The position numbers and the translations under genes were made by a program. The notes beneath the pieces are model-generated. The model did not search any database and was not told the origin of the DNA. It saw only the letters and a list, made by a program, of their open reading frames with translations. A DNA stretch of 62,518 nucleotides, filler included, from Nemertoderma westbladi (lineage: Eukaryota; Animalia; Xenacoelomorpha), in NCBI GenBank assembly GCA_032718475.1. It is 3 parts of 3 records of this genome, joined end to end, with 100 filler letters (N's around TTAATTAATTAA, not from the genome) between each part and the next. Parts side by side here need not be neighbours in the genome. Positions count along the whole stretch, not along the records: positions 31,308 to 52,921 come from JAUCBJ010003787.1; 2 more parts are not named here. One strand, 5' to 3'. Shown in pieces: positions 34,966-47,242 of this stretch (position 1 is its first letter; every line of letters begins with the position of its first letter).

Positions 34966-35656
34966 GTTCAAATTTACGACGGGCCGCTATTAAAAGACAA
35001 AGTAATATCTTCTGCGTGCGGACAGAAGCACCCACAGCAGACTGTCTCCAGTTCGAACTACCTAACGGTCCGGTTCTCGTCCCAGACCGGCTCCTGGCGC
35101 CGAAACAGCGCGGTGGTCACTGGCTTCCGCGCCCTCTACCGGCTGGTCCCGGTACCCGTTACGGACGCGGTCTCCTTCCTCGACTGCGACTACTTCAGCG
35201 ACGGCGACTACGGCGGGGTCCTCCGGTCGCCGGCGCAACCCGGTCTGTCCGTCGCCAATATGGACTGTTTATGGAGGGTGTCCGTCCCCGTCGGACACAA
35301 AGTCGGGGTCTCCTTGCACCGCGCCGACCTCCGTTTATACCCCGGCGGCGACTTCCTACTAGAAGCCCGCGACGGCCTCACCTCCGTGTCGGCTCCCGTG
35401 CTGTCCCTAACCGAACCGAGCGGGCTCTCCGGTCTCTCCGTCGCCACCACCTCCAACAGTCTGTACGTCCGCTTCCGGGCCACCCGGTGCGGCGGCGCCG
35501 GTTTGGCTCTCGCCTTCGCCGCCTTCACCTACTCCGGGGCCACTTCCGTCTGCACCCGCGGGGAGTTCTACTGCGCCGGTCGTTGTATAGATCTGTTGTT
35601 GCTATGCGACGGTGTGGATCATTGCGGTAACCTAGGAGATGAATCAGAAGCGGCGG
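34966..35656 (+). CDS. CUB/LDLa receptor, coding exon 2 (end of CUB2, CUB3, LDLa)
   Basis: Acceptor TTTTTAG| then VQIYDGP...CG...SSSNYLTVRF in frame; LDLa CTRGEFYCAGRCIDLLLLCDGVDHCGNLGDES; donor G|GTTAGT at 35657, phase 1. Confidence 0.9.
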
Positions 35657-36336
35657 GTTAGTTGATATTTCAGTAAACATTATATACCGGTTAATAAATA
35701 ACTTTTTTTTTATTAAATTAAATTATTACTTTGTATAATAATATCATGATATTTTTGTATCATTACTCCCATGGCGGAAATTTATATTGTTCAGAAGTGG
35801 AGAAAATGTGTAAGGATGTCACTAGGGGTTGAACCTTTGCGCTATACACGCGGCGCTAACTGGCTTTCTCCTGACACTTGTTTGCTACTTCTATCGAATA
35901 GGAACGAATCTTAAATGACCATATCCTATCTCGAACGAGCGGACGTAATAGCGAGAGTGGCTCGACTCGGACTGCCCACCAGCCGTGTACCATATGTCGC
36001 TGCTTCAACTCGCCCTGCCGTATTTTTTCCACTTCTGAATAAAATCCTATCAAAATAATTATTACAGTTTCATTATCGGCTCAATCCCAATTAATATTGT
36101 ATAATTAGTTTATATTGTTATGTTATTAATTAGAGTCGGTTATTTATTAATTAATTATTAATTAGGGTCGTTTTAATGGTAGTTTATGGATTCCAAAGAT
36201 ACAGACCTAGAATATTCGCATATTGATAGTTTGTATGCGTGAGAGTTATAGTGTGACGTGGCATTGTTTACATTAGTGTCGGGTCGGCGATGCGCTACCT
36301 AAACGATCATAATTCAGTCATATTGCTCGTCGTTAA

Positions 36337-37258
36337 CACGTTAGCTGCGGCTCTGAAACCACTGGTTCTTTGTTACTGCGGATTGTGTCGTTTAGTTAGT
36401 GCGGATTGTGCACCCGTGAACATTCCTGTGCAGTTCCTCAACTGCGGATTGTGCGCCGGTGCTCAACAAATTACTTTTTGTTAATTACATTTTGTGGGAA
36501 TGCCTTTGGGCACCGGTGCTCAAATTCACAAACATTGTATTTATAAAACAATGGAGAACCACCATAGAAAAAACCGCATCTCAAAAGCTCCGTCCAGTCC
36601 AGAGATAGTGGTTTGAATTTCATCTAAATTTTAAATATTTTTTATGATTTTACTCTTACAGGGTTAACAATGTCTGCAGTTTAACGACCCCCCCCCCCCC
36701 CCCCCCCCCCCAACCACCATCAATTATTTGGGTTTTTAAAACATTTATAAAGTAAAACAATATAAAATAACATTGTTTTTGTTCCAGCACATTTGTTCAT
36801 GCAATATAAATTAATACATGAAAAGTAAACAGTTATTGTTTAACTAACAATGAACTAAATCAAATAGGCCTAATAGCTAGCTATGCTACAGTAGAGCATT
36901 TTAAAAATCCCGCCATATTTATATATGTGCAAATATTGAGCACCGGCGCTCAATCCGCACTGGCACTTGTGTAGTGCGGATTGTGCTCCGGTGCACAAAC
37001 CCAAAAATATATATATATGAGTCATACAAAGGTCACAGATACCGAATATGACAACAGCTGATGTATTTGAGCACCGGTGCTCAACTTATAGCCTCCGCAC
37101 TAAGGGCTAACCAAGCCAAAATAGCTCCGCACTATAAGGTTGCACAGGTCATGTTCACCGGTGCACAATCCGCAGTAAGAAGTTGACAGGGAGTAAAACC
37201 TGCCGCAGTAAAGTTAAAACACGAATTGTGCACCGGTGCTCAATCCGCAGCTAACGTG
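36337..37258. mobile_element. piggyBac-like MITE
   Basis: TTAA|CACGTTAGCTGCGG ... CCGCAGCTAACGTG|TTTTAA; many GCACCGGTGC and GCGGATTG subterminal repeats. Confidence 0.65.
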
Positions 37259-38758
37259 TTTTAATATTACATTCTATAGGTTTATGGATTTATATTTTGA
37301 ATTAATTTTTATTTAAATATATCGCCGTCGTCATTGGATATGTTTAAATTGAACGCTAATAATCTGTCAATTATTCTACACTTAGTCAGGCTTATATAGT
37401 TCCTCTGTCGGCCGCTAGGGGGCGAATTGTAGGAACTAGAAGTAGCTATAGTTATAGAGCCAACTATCGGATTCAACTGAAATTGTGTGGGAGCAATCTG
37501 TGCTCCTATGTGTCTATCTATGCGGCCTGCAGCATTGAAGTTGCACATTGAGATTCTATGCCAGCTTAATAAAAACTTTGACACCACCATACAATCCATA
37601 ATCGGCAAGCCCAATGCAGCGTGCATTAAGGAGGCTGTGCCGGCTTATCAACAAAATTGCACCGCCACAACTTCGTACTGTATCACCCATGACATATGCT
37701 AGATCACCCGCATCTTCAAGGCCAGTGTACATTAAGATGCGTCTCAAGAAAATCAGGGCTGTGACATCACTGTCATGTGTGACATCACTATCATCTGTGA
37801 CATCACTGTCATGTGTGACATTACTGTGGTGCCTCACTATGACCCTCGAGCAGAAAAGGGCGCGGATCTTAGAATATTACAATGTCTACAGATAATATTT
37901 TTCTTCCTGATAAGTACTTATAGTTACCGGTAGTTAAATATATTAAATATCATTGAATTTATTAATAAATTAAGCAGATAACGATAGTATTTCATTGCGA
38001 TATAGCCACTCATTTCTAGTTTAAATCTATTAAACTTTCATTTTGTTGCATTTCTTACTTTGTGCTCTGCATTGCCTTGTTTGCTATTTTCATTGTTATT
38101 TTAGTTATATAAATTTATTTTAAGTCCCACAATCCGACACTCGGTCAACATTTTAAGTCCAGTGTCCTTTATTAACCGGCAGCACAGAGTCGGTTCAAAC
38201 AGGCCTGTAACTCACCTGCAATAGTCCGGAGATTTCATATTTTCTTGAAATATCAGGGAATTAATATAAAAAAATGGACAAATCTTTGGAAAGTCAGGGC
38301 CTTTGATTTCTACAGGACATAAATGTCATAAATTTTCATAAGTGAAAATGTAGAACAATTTAATCTGTTTGCTTCGGTCGCCATTTATAACTTCCATACA
38401 TCACAAATGGTCTCAAGGTTCAACATTACGCTATATGTTTAATTTTTATAAATATTTATTTATAAATTTCATTGAAATATTTCACGTGAAATAATTAAAG
38501 TCTATGAATTTTGTAAACCCTAATATGTTTAGAATCCTACCTAACTACCGGTTTGCGTCTCGTAGGATTTAATTGTTGAAGTATGGCGTCCCTCGTCAAG
38601 GATAGTTAGGGGTAATTTAGAGATTTTTATATAAATGACCTTTTGCCATAAAATGCATGAACGTATTGATCTGTGAACAAACTTACACGTAGGCCCAACC
38701 TACCTAACTGTTCTAGAACACTCTCAGTAGTTGCTATAAACCATTTGCTTTCCAACAG

Positions 38759-38898
38759 ATTGTAGACCCACTAACACGGGGTTTGCAGCACTCTATCCTC
38801 GACGATGCAAAGTAAAAGTTTGTGAATTCAGTATCAGTCCAATTCCAGATTCCCCTACTTCGCTTATCGCTAAATCAATAAAACGCACCAAGGTTTAA
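38759..38898 (+). CDS. Candidate alternative terminal exon of the CUB/LDLa gene (no TM)
   Basis: Acceptor TTGCTTTCCAACAG. A phase-1 join gives D-C-R-P..., supplying the last LDLa Cys. Open to TAA at 38896-38898, with AATAAA shortly downstream. Confidence 0.4.
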
Positions 38899-39068
38899 AT
38901 TAGGATTCTAGATTTCTAACAAAGTTAATAATAAATAATAATAATAATAATAATCAATAATAAAGTTGTCATGAGTCATAATATTTTATTAAGATTATTC
39001 TATGTGTGTACTTACGTACTATGCTTTGTATAATATGGGAAAATTTACATGGAAAATAGATGCAATCC

Positions 39069-39165
39069 TACGGAGCCCCTAACACCCTAAAGGGACACTA
39101 TCAAAAAAAATGTATGTAGTGCGCACTAGATACATTTTTTCAAAGTGTCCTTTAGGGGCTCCGTA
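39069..39165. mobile_element. 97-bp MITE with 6-bp TSD
   Basis: TACGGAGCCCCTAA...TTAGGGGCTCCGTA flanked by CAATCC on both sides (39063-39068 and 39166-39171). Confidence 0.85.
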
Positions 39166-40192
39166 CAATCCTGTTAAAATTAGGAAGTTTCCATTGCGCA
39201 TGAGGTGAACAGGAAAGCTGCACGCATGTGTCGCACCATTATAATAATTCAGTTACTTACTATCGAAACTATCAACTGTTCATTTCAATTTCCCGGGTTA
39301 CTGGTTGATGGTAGTCATTAGCCAATACTTTCCCTTTGATGATGCGGAGGCATTCTACAAAACTCATCTATGACAAAGACCCAGATAGCAAAAAAAAACC
39401 GGTCAAGTAATAAAATTTCCGTTGATAAACTATTGGAAAAGAGCAGGTTACAGTGTCACTTTATTATAGCCAAAATCATAAACGCAGGTTAATCAGGTTA
39501 AGGTTTTTTTGGGAGTAATCAGCTGTCGATTTTGCGTCGATTTCCCCTGGAAAGGGATGATTTTTGATTGCCTCCAAAATATTGTGATTGCGTCATCCCT
39601 TATTATTTTATTATAATTTTCACTGAATACGTTATATTGAGACCAAACCACTCGAATTATCACGACCCAGTAAATTACAACTTTACTCCCTCTATGTAAA
39701 TAGTTTGTACTATTTATAGTACAAAATCTTGGCGTTTAAACTGAAACGACTTTCTATTGGTCCATTATATCACTCATCGCGGTAAATTTAAAACATCATT
39801 CGTATAAACTGGACACAATGCTTATCACATCCATATTCCGAAGGCCTGTTAATGATCCCGTTGCTGATAATGTTTCTGCCTTCCTTTATCAGTACGGGTA
39901 CCGGTACTTTGCTTTCTTCCAGAACCTAGTCAGCCTGCGCCTGCCTTACAAAATATCATCTTAATTAATTTTAAATTACATTGTGTTAACCTTATCACTA
40001 CCGGTACCGGTTTATTTCTTCAGACAGTTGCACTGGTTTCTGGTACCGGTACACCAACTATATTATTATAGGACGCCTTGTTCCTTGTTGTTACACAAAC
40101 AGAAACATTTCTAGCATTTCAAAGATAGGCTTTGGTAAATCGTGCATGAACTACCGGTACCGGTACTTACTGAGTAAACGTTTTATCAAACT

Positions 40193-40900
40193 ATGTGCGG
40201 CATATATTGTTGTATCAGCGATGTGGGATACTGTTTACCTAGCGACGGGTTGAAGCGTTTATTGGATAACCGCGGACCTGATGGGTCACGCTACATCAAT
40301 AAGTCTCCCGCCGACACACAGACACCCTTCTACCTTACAATGTACTCAACCACGTTGGGGTTGAGGGGAGACCGTCCTCACATCCAGCCCTGGACGGACA
40401 CCGTTGGCAACGCCCTCCAGTGGAACGGGGAGATTTATTCCGCTGGTTTCCCTGTTGGTAAAGACGATGTAGATACAGTTATATTAGGAGAAACTCTAAG
40501 CAACAATTCTGTACCTCCAGACACCACGCTCGCAAACATAATCGATTCTCTAGTCTCTATCCGTGGCCCATGGTCTGTAGTCTTCTATCACCAAGCAACC
40601 CAAACTCTCTACTTTGCTAGAGATGTTTTCGGTAGGAGGTCGTTGCTATGGAAACTGCCGAAGGAACGCAATTCTGCATTAGTTTTATCGTCGGTTGCCC
40701 TTAGAGACAGTGGACCAGGGTTCTCTGAGGTTCCCCCCTACGGTATATTCGCCCTCAATATCGGTTCGAAAGACCCGCGTCTTACAATTACACTGTATCC
40801 GTGGCAAACAGACCCATTCAATGAATCTTTATCAACAGATACAATAGATAGTATAAAATCTTTATTGGAGCAGAGTTCAGTGCATCAACATCCAGTCTCT
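40193..40900 (+). CDS. ASNSD1: Asparagine synthetase domain-containing protein 1, exon 1 (N-terminal glutamine amidotransferase/NTN domain)
   Basis: MCGI start, RGPD, LRG, LQWNGEIY and FARDVFGRRSLLW motifs. The exact donor is unresolved. Confidence 0.9.
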
Positions 40901-41327
40901 CCCCAGTTAATTTAATCCAATGTCAGTTTCTCTGTGAAAATTTATTTAAAGTCTCTAATATTTACATTTTCAATACTTACTTCTTTACATTTCAACATAG
41001 TAATATTTTTCTTCACCAAACTGATAAAAAATATGTAAAACAATTGCTTTTTGTTGCTTTACTACCGGTACTTGTAACTGTAAGATATTTCTTAATCCCA
41101 TAAAACAATCACACACTCACTCTCTGAGACTGGCTGGCTCTTTAAAGTTTATATTTTGCCGTTGATCCATATTTGATTCATTTCTAACTCAATTAAATTA
41201 TTAATATTATTATCTGGTTATTGGAGGGTCTTGTCATTGCGGCAATATGTATTAATTGATGTCGTCTTAATTAATTACTCAGAGAGAGAGAGAGACTGGA
41301 TGTGTCGATAATTAATCGATCTTGTAG

Positions 41328-42775
41328 ATTTTCTCAATGTTCATGTAGCTAATATTTCCAACATGGTCCACCCAATAAACCATCCTCTAGTCTATCGATC
41401 ACTTACTAATGACTCCCCGCAATACAATGAAGAAACCGACAGTTTATCAGTTTTTCATCAACTTCTGCAATCGCCGGAGTACAGATCAGTATGCGATAGA
41501 TTTCTCGAGATTCTAACGGAAGCGGTTTCTATACGCGTTCCCCCTCCATCCCACATGCGTTCCTACCCGTTAGGCGTCCTCTTCTCAGGGGGAATCGACT
41601 CACTACTGATCGCCGCGTTAGCAAACAATTGTGTTCCAACGGAGTTCCCCATTAATCTGTACAATGTTGCTTTTGAACAACGTGCTGTTACTAAACATCC
41701 CGAGGAACATTCCGCTCAAAGATTTAACGTACCAGATAGACAAACCGGATTAATTGGTTTACAAAAGTTGAGATCGATAAATCCCGATAGAGTTTGGAAC
41801 TTCGTGGAGATTAATGTTCCCGTCAGCAAGTTGAAATGGTGGAGAGAAGAAATAATCTCTGATTTACTGTTTCCTTTGACTTCAGTTCTGGACGACAGTA
41901 TAGGTTGCGCGATCTGGTTTGCAGCTGGTGGAGAAGGAAGTCTTGGGGGGCAGGAAGGGGGGCAAACGGGGCAGGAAGGGAGGCAAAAGAGATGGGGTTG
42001 TATGGGGGAAGTTGGAGATCGCCCTGAACAGGAAGGGGGCACGGGGGGGCAACAGAAAGGGGGCATGGGGGGCCATCGGGAAGGGGGCAAGGATGGGAAA
42101 CCAGAAGGGGGCACGTGGGGTTGTATGGGGGAAGTTGGAGATCGCCCTGAACAGGAAGGGGGCACGGGGGGGCAACAGAAAGGGGGCATGGGGGGCCATC
42201 GGGAAGGGGGCAAGGATGGGAAACCAGAAGGGGGCACGTGGGGCCCACAGGAAGGGGGCACGGGGGTCCAACAGGAAGGGGGCGCGGGGGTCCATCATGA
42301 AGGGGGCACGGGGGGGCCAGTTTCTCGGATTCTTCTCATAGGTAGTGGGGCCGACGAACAGTTGGCCGGCTACTCCCGGCACAGGGGTTGCTACGCGACC
42401 GAGGGGTGGCTCGGGCTCACCCGTGAGGTTGCCATGGAGATGGGCAGACTGCACGGCCGTAACCTTGGTCGCGACGACCGTTGCGTCTCGGACCGGGGCA
42501 GGGAGTCCCGTCTGCCGTTCCTCGACGAGCGATTGGTCGGTTTCCTCAACGATCTCCCGATGGACTGCAAGGCGCGGTTGGATTTGCCCCGCGGCGTCGG
42601 GGATAAACTCCTTCTGCGATGCGTTGCCATGCTCCTCGGTCTGGGGGAGTGCTGCCTAACTCCCAAGCGGGCCATACAGTTCGGCAGTCGCATAGCTAAG
42701 TGTGAGAATCGGAGGGAGAAAGGCGGGGACAACTGTAATAGATTGACGGACTGCCGAACTCATTCACAGACTTAA
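41328..42775 (+). CDS. ASNSD1: ASNSD1 exon 2 (synthetase domain)
   Basis: Acceptor CTTGTAG ending at 41327; motifs VLFSGGIDS, NVAF, PDRQTG, LDDSIGCAIWFA, GADEQLAGYSRH, RNLGRDDR, PFLDE and KRAIQFGSRIAK. Confidence 0.93.
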
Positions 42776-43553
42776 AATTATTAGATTAAATTATACTCCC
42801 AAGTCCCACCCAGAGCAGTACAGGTGTTTTCTAATATTAATATAATTCTAATATTAATATTTTGTTGCCATTACCGGTACTCAACTCATAATATTTATTA
42901 CGACTTTTACGGTTTTGTATTTAATATTATTAATACATTTGTTTATTGGTAAAATAATGGTTTTAAATTTAAATTTAATTAAATTCCAACTTATCCATCA
43001 GAATATAATATATAATTATGACTTTAATATGGATGGAGACAGTGTTGTACCGTGGTGGTATTAATCTCTGTGCAATATTAAGAAAATAAGTTTTTATATA
43101 TATATATTTGTGACCGAATGGCCTTAAAAAGTTTAATTTTATTATAAATGTCAACGATAAGTCTAATTACGCGGCTTATTTGGTTTGTGTAGGTTTAGAG
43201 GTGATGATGTTTTGTTTGGCGGAATATTTATTGTAATTTAGGTTGATTTGGTAATTTGAAGCCTCAGAATTACTAATATTTGAATTTTAAAGACTACTTA
43301 TTTCTCCCAATGATAAAATTGTGAACATTCAGGTTTTTTTTGTTGTATGTTTTAAATTAGGTACTTACGCTTACGTGGGTGGCCTTCTGTTAATGATGAA
43401 ATTAGCCCATATTGTCGTGGTCTACTGTAAATCCATTTATCCTTATAATCCGACCCCCCCCCCCCCCCCCCCCCGCCCCCAAATTCGGTAAATTCAATCT
43501 TGCCCCCCGTGGTTTGGATTTTCGTAGGTCCGATAGCACAAATGAATCAAAAT

Positions 43554-43857
43554 GAATTTGGTTGTGAAATAGCTTCGATCTGGGCGTTCGAATGTTGCAT
43601 TTATTTGTACGGCCCGCTGCAGGCCATTTATTATATTTAATAAATACATCATGTTCTAGAACATTTTGTTTATCTCATAAGTAGCTTGGCAACAATGCAA
43701 TGCCTATAATAGTAATACTAGGACGTCGCTTTTCATACATAAAAAAAATGTTCCAGAATTATTGTGTATTTATTAAATAGAACAAATGGCCTGCAGCGCA
43801 AGTAAAAACATGCAACATTCGAATGCCCATATCTCAGCTATTTCCCAACCAAATTCA
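43554..43857. mobile_element. Foldback MITE (~110-bp inverted arms)
   Basis: GAATTTGGTTG...TTCGAATGTTGCAT...GCTGCAGGCCATTT is mirrored by AAATGGCCTGCAGC...ATGCAACATTCGAA...CAACCAAATTC. Confidence 0.7.
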
Positions 43858-44005
43858 AATATTTAATTTACATATTTTGGAATTATCGCAAGTTGCAACA
43901 TCATTAATATTCTATCGGACCAACGGAATGTTAATATAATAAAGCCGTGCACTGTAAAGTGGGGCGAGTCTTGAGCCATTAGCTAAACGGGTATAATTAT
44001 ATTTC

Positions 44006-45090
44006 ATGGACGTTTCCCTTCCCGTATTCACATTTTGTCAGGGTGACATACTTATCAAGAAGCTCAAAGAGGATTTGGAGAAGGACTGTAGGACATCGAG
44101 ACCCCCTATAATCTCCCCCATAGCTATCCAACGCGCAATAAAATCGCTGTCTTTGGGCAAATCGCCTGATCTCCACTCTCTGGTCATCGAACACATACTG
44201 AATATTAATCCAGACGTGATCTGTCCTATCATAAAGTTAATGCGTGTATCAGATTGGGCAATGTTCCAGTTACTTTTGGGGCCACCATAGTCACCAGTGC
44301 CCATAAAGGAAAGGCAAGCTATCCTCTCCTAGCATCATCCTATCGACCAATTGCGACTGTTAATTTGTTTGCAAAAGTTTTCGAATCTGTCGTTCTCAAC
44401 AAATTCCTTTCAGCCCTGAATTTAATTCACCCCTCTCAACTTGTATACCAGAAAAAGATTGGGTCGGACCTGATAATCTCTTCCCTACTGGAATGTTTGG
44501 AACTCCAAAGGCAACAAGGTCAAACTGTTTTTCTCTGCCATGTCGACATCGCATCCGCGTTTGATAATGTGGATCATCATATTCTATTTCAAAAACTACG
44601 ACTCCACATTAACCCACACATCTGCCTCACTCTGCTCAACTACTATTTTAAAACGTGTGTGTTTCTTAAATTTGGAGACAATATTGAGCGCTCAGGTATA
44701 CCCATTCAGAGGGGCGTCAAACAGGGGTCAGTCATTTCGTCAGTTTTATTTAATTATTATGTTAGTGATGTCTGTGATGTCTAGTGGACTCTGCTGGGTA
44801 CAAATAATCGGCCGGTAGCAACTGGATGGATATAATCGCGTATGCGGATGATATATTGGTGCTGGCTAGAAACCTAGAGGACCTTGAGAGAATCTTATCC
44901 ATTATCGCTACCTTCTTGCGGAAAGTACATCTGGAGATTGAAAGTAGTAAGACTAAATGGACATAGAGTTCGTCAAGTAGAACCAAAACTAGTAATATTA
45001 GCATCCCAACATCCATTAAAGTTAATGACACATTGATAACATGGCAAACAACACTCTCATTTCTTGGGTACAGATTGACAGTACGACTGA
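44006..45090 (+). pseudogene. Frameshifted non-LTR (CR1/L2-group-like) reverse transcriptase fragment
   Basis: SYRPIATVNLFAKVFE, VDIASAFDNVDH and RGVKQGSVISSVLFNYY, then IAYADDILVL in another frame. Confidence 0.88.
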
Positions 45091-46117
45091 CAGTATTTAA
45101 TATACGACAGTGGTTTATTGACTTGCAGTACGTAATTAACCGTAATAACATAACATTGTATGTTAACTATTTAATTATCTGACCATATTTAATACTTCCG
45201 AATTTGACTTTATATTGGCAATTTATTAGTAACCAAATACCTTATATTTGTTTGACATAATGGTTAACCGTAATTACATAATATTGTATATTGAATGTTG
45301 ATTATTTGACCATATATTAATACAACCTAATTTGGCTTTATATTGACTATTTATTAGTGACCGAATGACCGATATTTTGTTTATATTAACCTTATATTTA
45401 TTTGACATACTGTTTATAACGATTAGGACTTGCCCAGTGTTTATTTGACCATATATAATTTACTTACTTATTGATCAATTGTATTTATGTAGACCTATTA
45501 ATAATAATAATGTAGTGCTGATGGTAATGTGATCTGGTCTATAATAATAATAATACAAACTAGATTTTAAGAGACCAAATCCTCTAGCTGAGTGTATCCG
45601 TCTCATCGCCATGGCGTCGGAATCTTTTCATCGAAATGCATGGACTGTTAGGTGGCTCGATATAACAACTCTCGCTCATCTATGGAGGTCAATTGCTATT
45701 CCCATGATACAATATAATATTAAATTTCTACTAGGGAGCCTCACAAAGACAGATATTGGAAAACTGGAAACTTCTACCGGAAAGCACTAAGAAGCCTACT
45801 CCATCTCGGATCTCTCCATAAACAAAGCATGCAACGAGCAGGCAATTTTAATTATAAAAATTTAAATTATGTTTTTTGGTAATAAAAAGCTGTCAATACT
45901 GTGAAATTTGCCAAAATGCCAAAATTTTATAATTTTGTGTGTTTTCACAACACACGTTGTTTAAAAGTAACACAGAGCGACAAAAAACTTAAAATGAAGA
46001 ATTATACAGTGAAGGTTTTTTTCTGTCAGTTTTGTTCAAGTTTGAAAAAAACAGTATTGACTGACTTTTTTCAATTGTTTGTATGTCTATCTGCCCTGCC
46101 TGTATACTGTGGGTATA

Positions 46118-47242
46118 CAACATCTACTCCCCAACGGTGGCTGCACCACATCTACTCCCCAATGGTGGCTGAATCACATGTACTCCCAAGGCCCAATGGT
46201 AAACATCTACTCCATATGGTGGCTACACCACATCTACTCCCCAATGGTCAACATTTACTCCATTGGTCGCTACACCACATCTACTCTTCAATGGTCAGCA
46301 TCTACTCCACTATGGTGGCTGCACCACATCTACTCATCAATTGTCAGCATCTACTCCCCAATGGTGGCTGCACCACATCTACTTATCAATGGTGGGTGCG
46401 CCAGATTTACTCCCCAATGGTGACTGCGACACATCTACTCCCCATTAGTGGCTGCATCACATCTACTCCCAAGGCCCAATGGTGACTGCGCCACATCTAC
46501 TCCCAAATAGTGGCTGCATCACATCTACTCCCTAATGGTGGGTGTGCTAGATTTACTCCCCAATGGTGACTGTGCCACATCTACTCCCCATTAGTGGCTG
46601 CATTACTTCTACTCCCAAGGCCCAATGGTCAACATCTACACCCCTATGGTTCTACGCCACATCTACTCCACAATGGTGACTGCACCACATCTATCCACAA
46701 TGGTGGCTGCATCACCTCTACTACCCTATGGTCAACATCTACTGCCCATGGTGGCTGCGCCACATCTACACCCCAATGGTCAACATCTACACCCCTATGG
46801 TTCTACGCCACATCTACTCCACAATGGTGACTGCACCACATCTATCCACAATGGTGGCTGCATCACCTCTACTACCCTATGGTCAACATCTACTGCCCAT
46901 GGTGGCTGCGCCACATCTACACCCCAATGGTCAACATCGACTCCCCTATGGTTCTACGCCACATCTACTCCACAATGGTGACTGCACCACATCTATCCAC
47001 AATGGTGGCTGCATCACCTCTACTACCCTATGGTCAACATCTACTGCCCATGGTGGCTGCGCCACATCTACACCCCAATGGTCAACATCGACTCCCCTAT
47101 GGTGGCTGCATCACATCTAGGCCTACACCCCAATGGTGGATGCACCACATCACCCAAACGGTGGCTGAATCATATCTACTCCCCAACGGTGCTGCACCAC
47201 ATCTACTCCACAACTGTGGCTGCACCACTTCTACTCCCCAAC
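46118..47242. repeat. Degenerate ~28-bp minisatellite with ~151-bp higher-order repeat
   Basis: CACCACATCTACTCCCCAATGGTGGCTG-like units; ORF starts at 46728, 46879 and 47030 show the 151-bp period. Confidence 0.9.

Noticed and set aside
39300-40190. ASDURF-like upstream ORF expected for bicistronic ASNSD1
   Set aside because: Only very weak resemblance in short frames; it cannot be supported without a profile search or transcripts.
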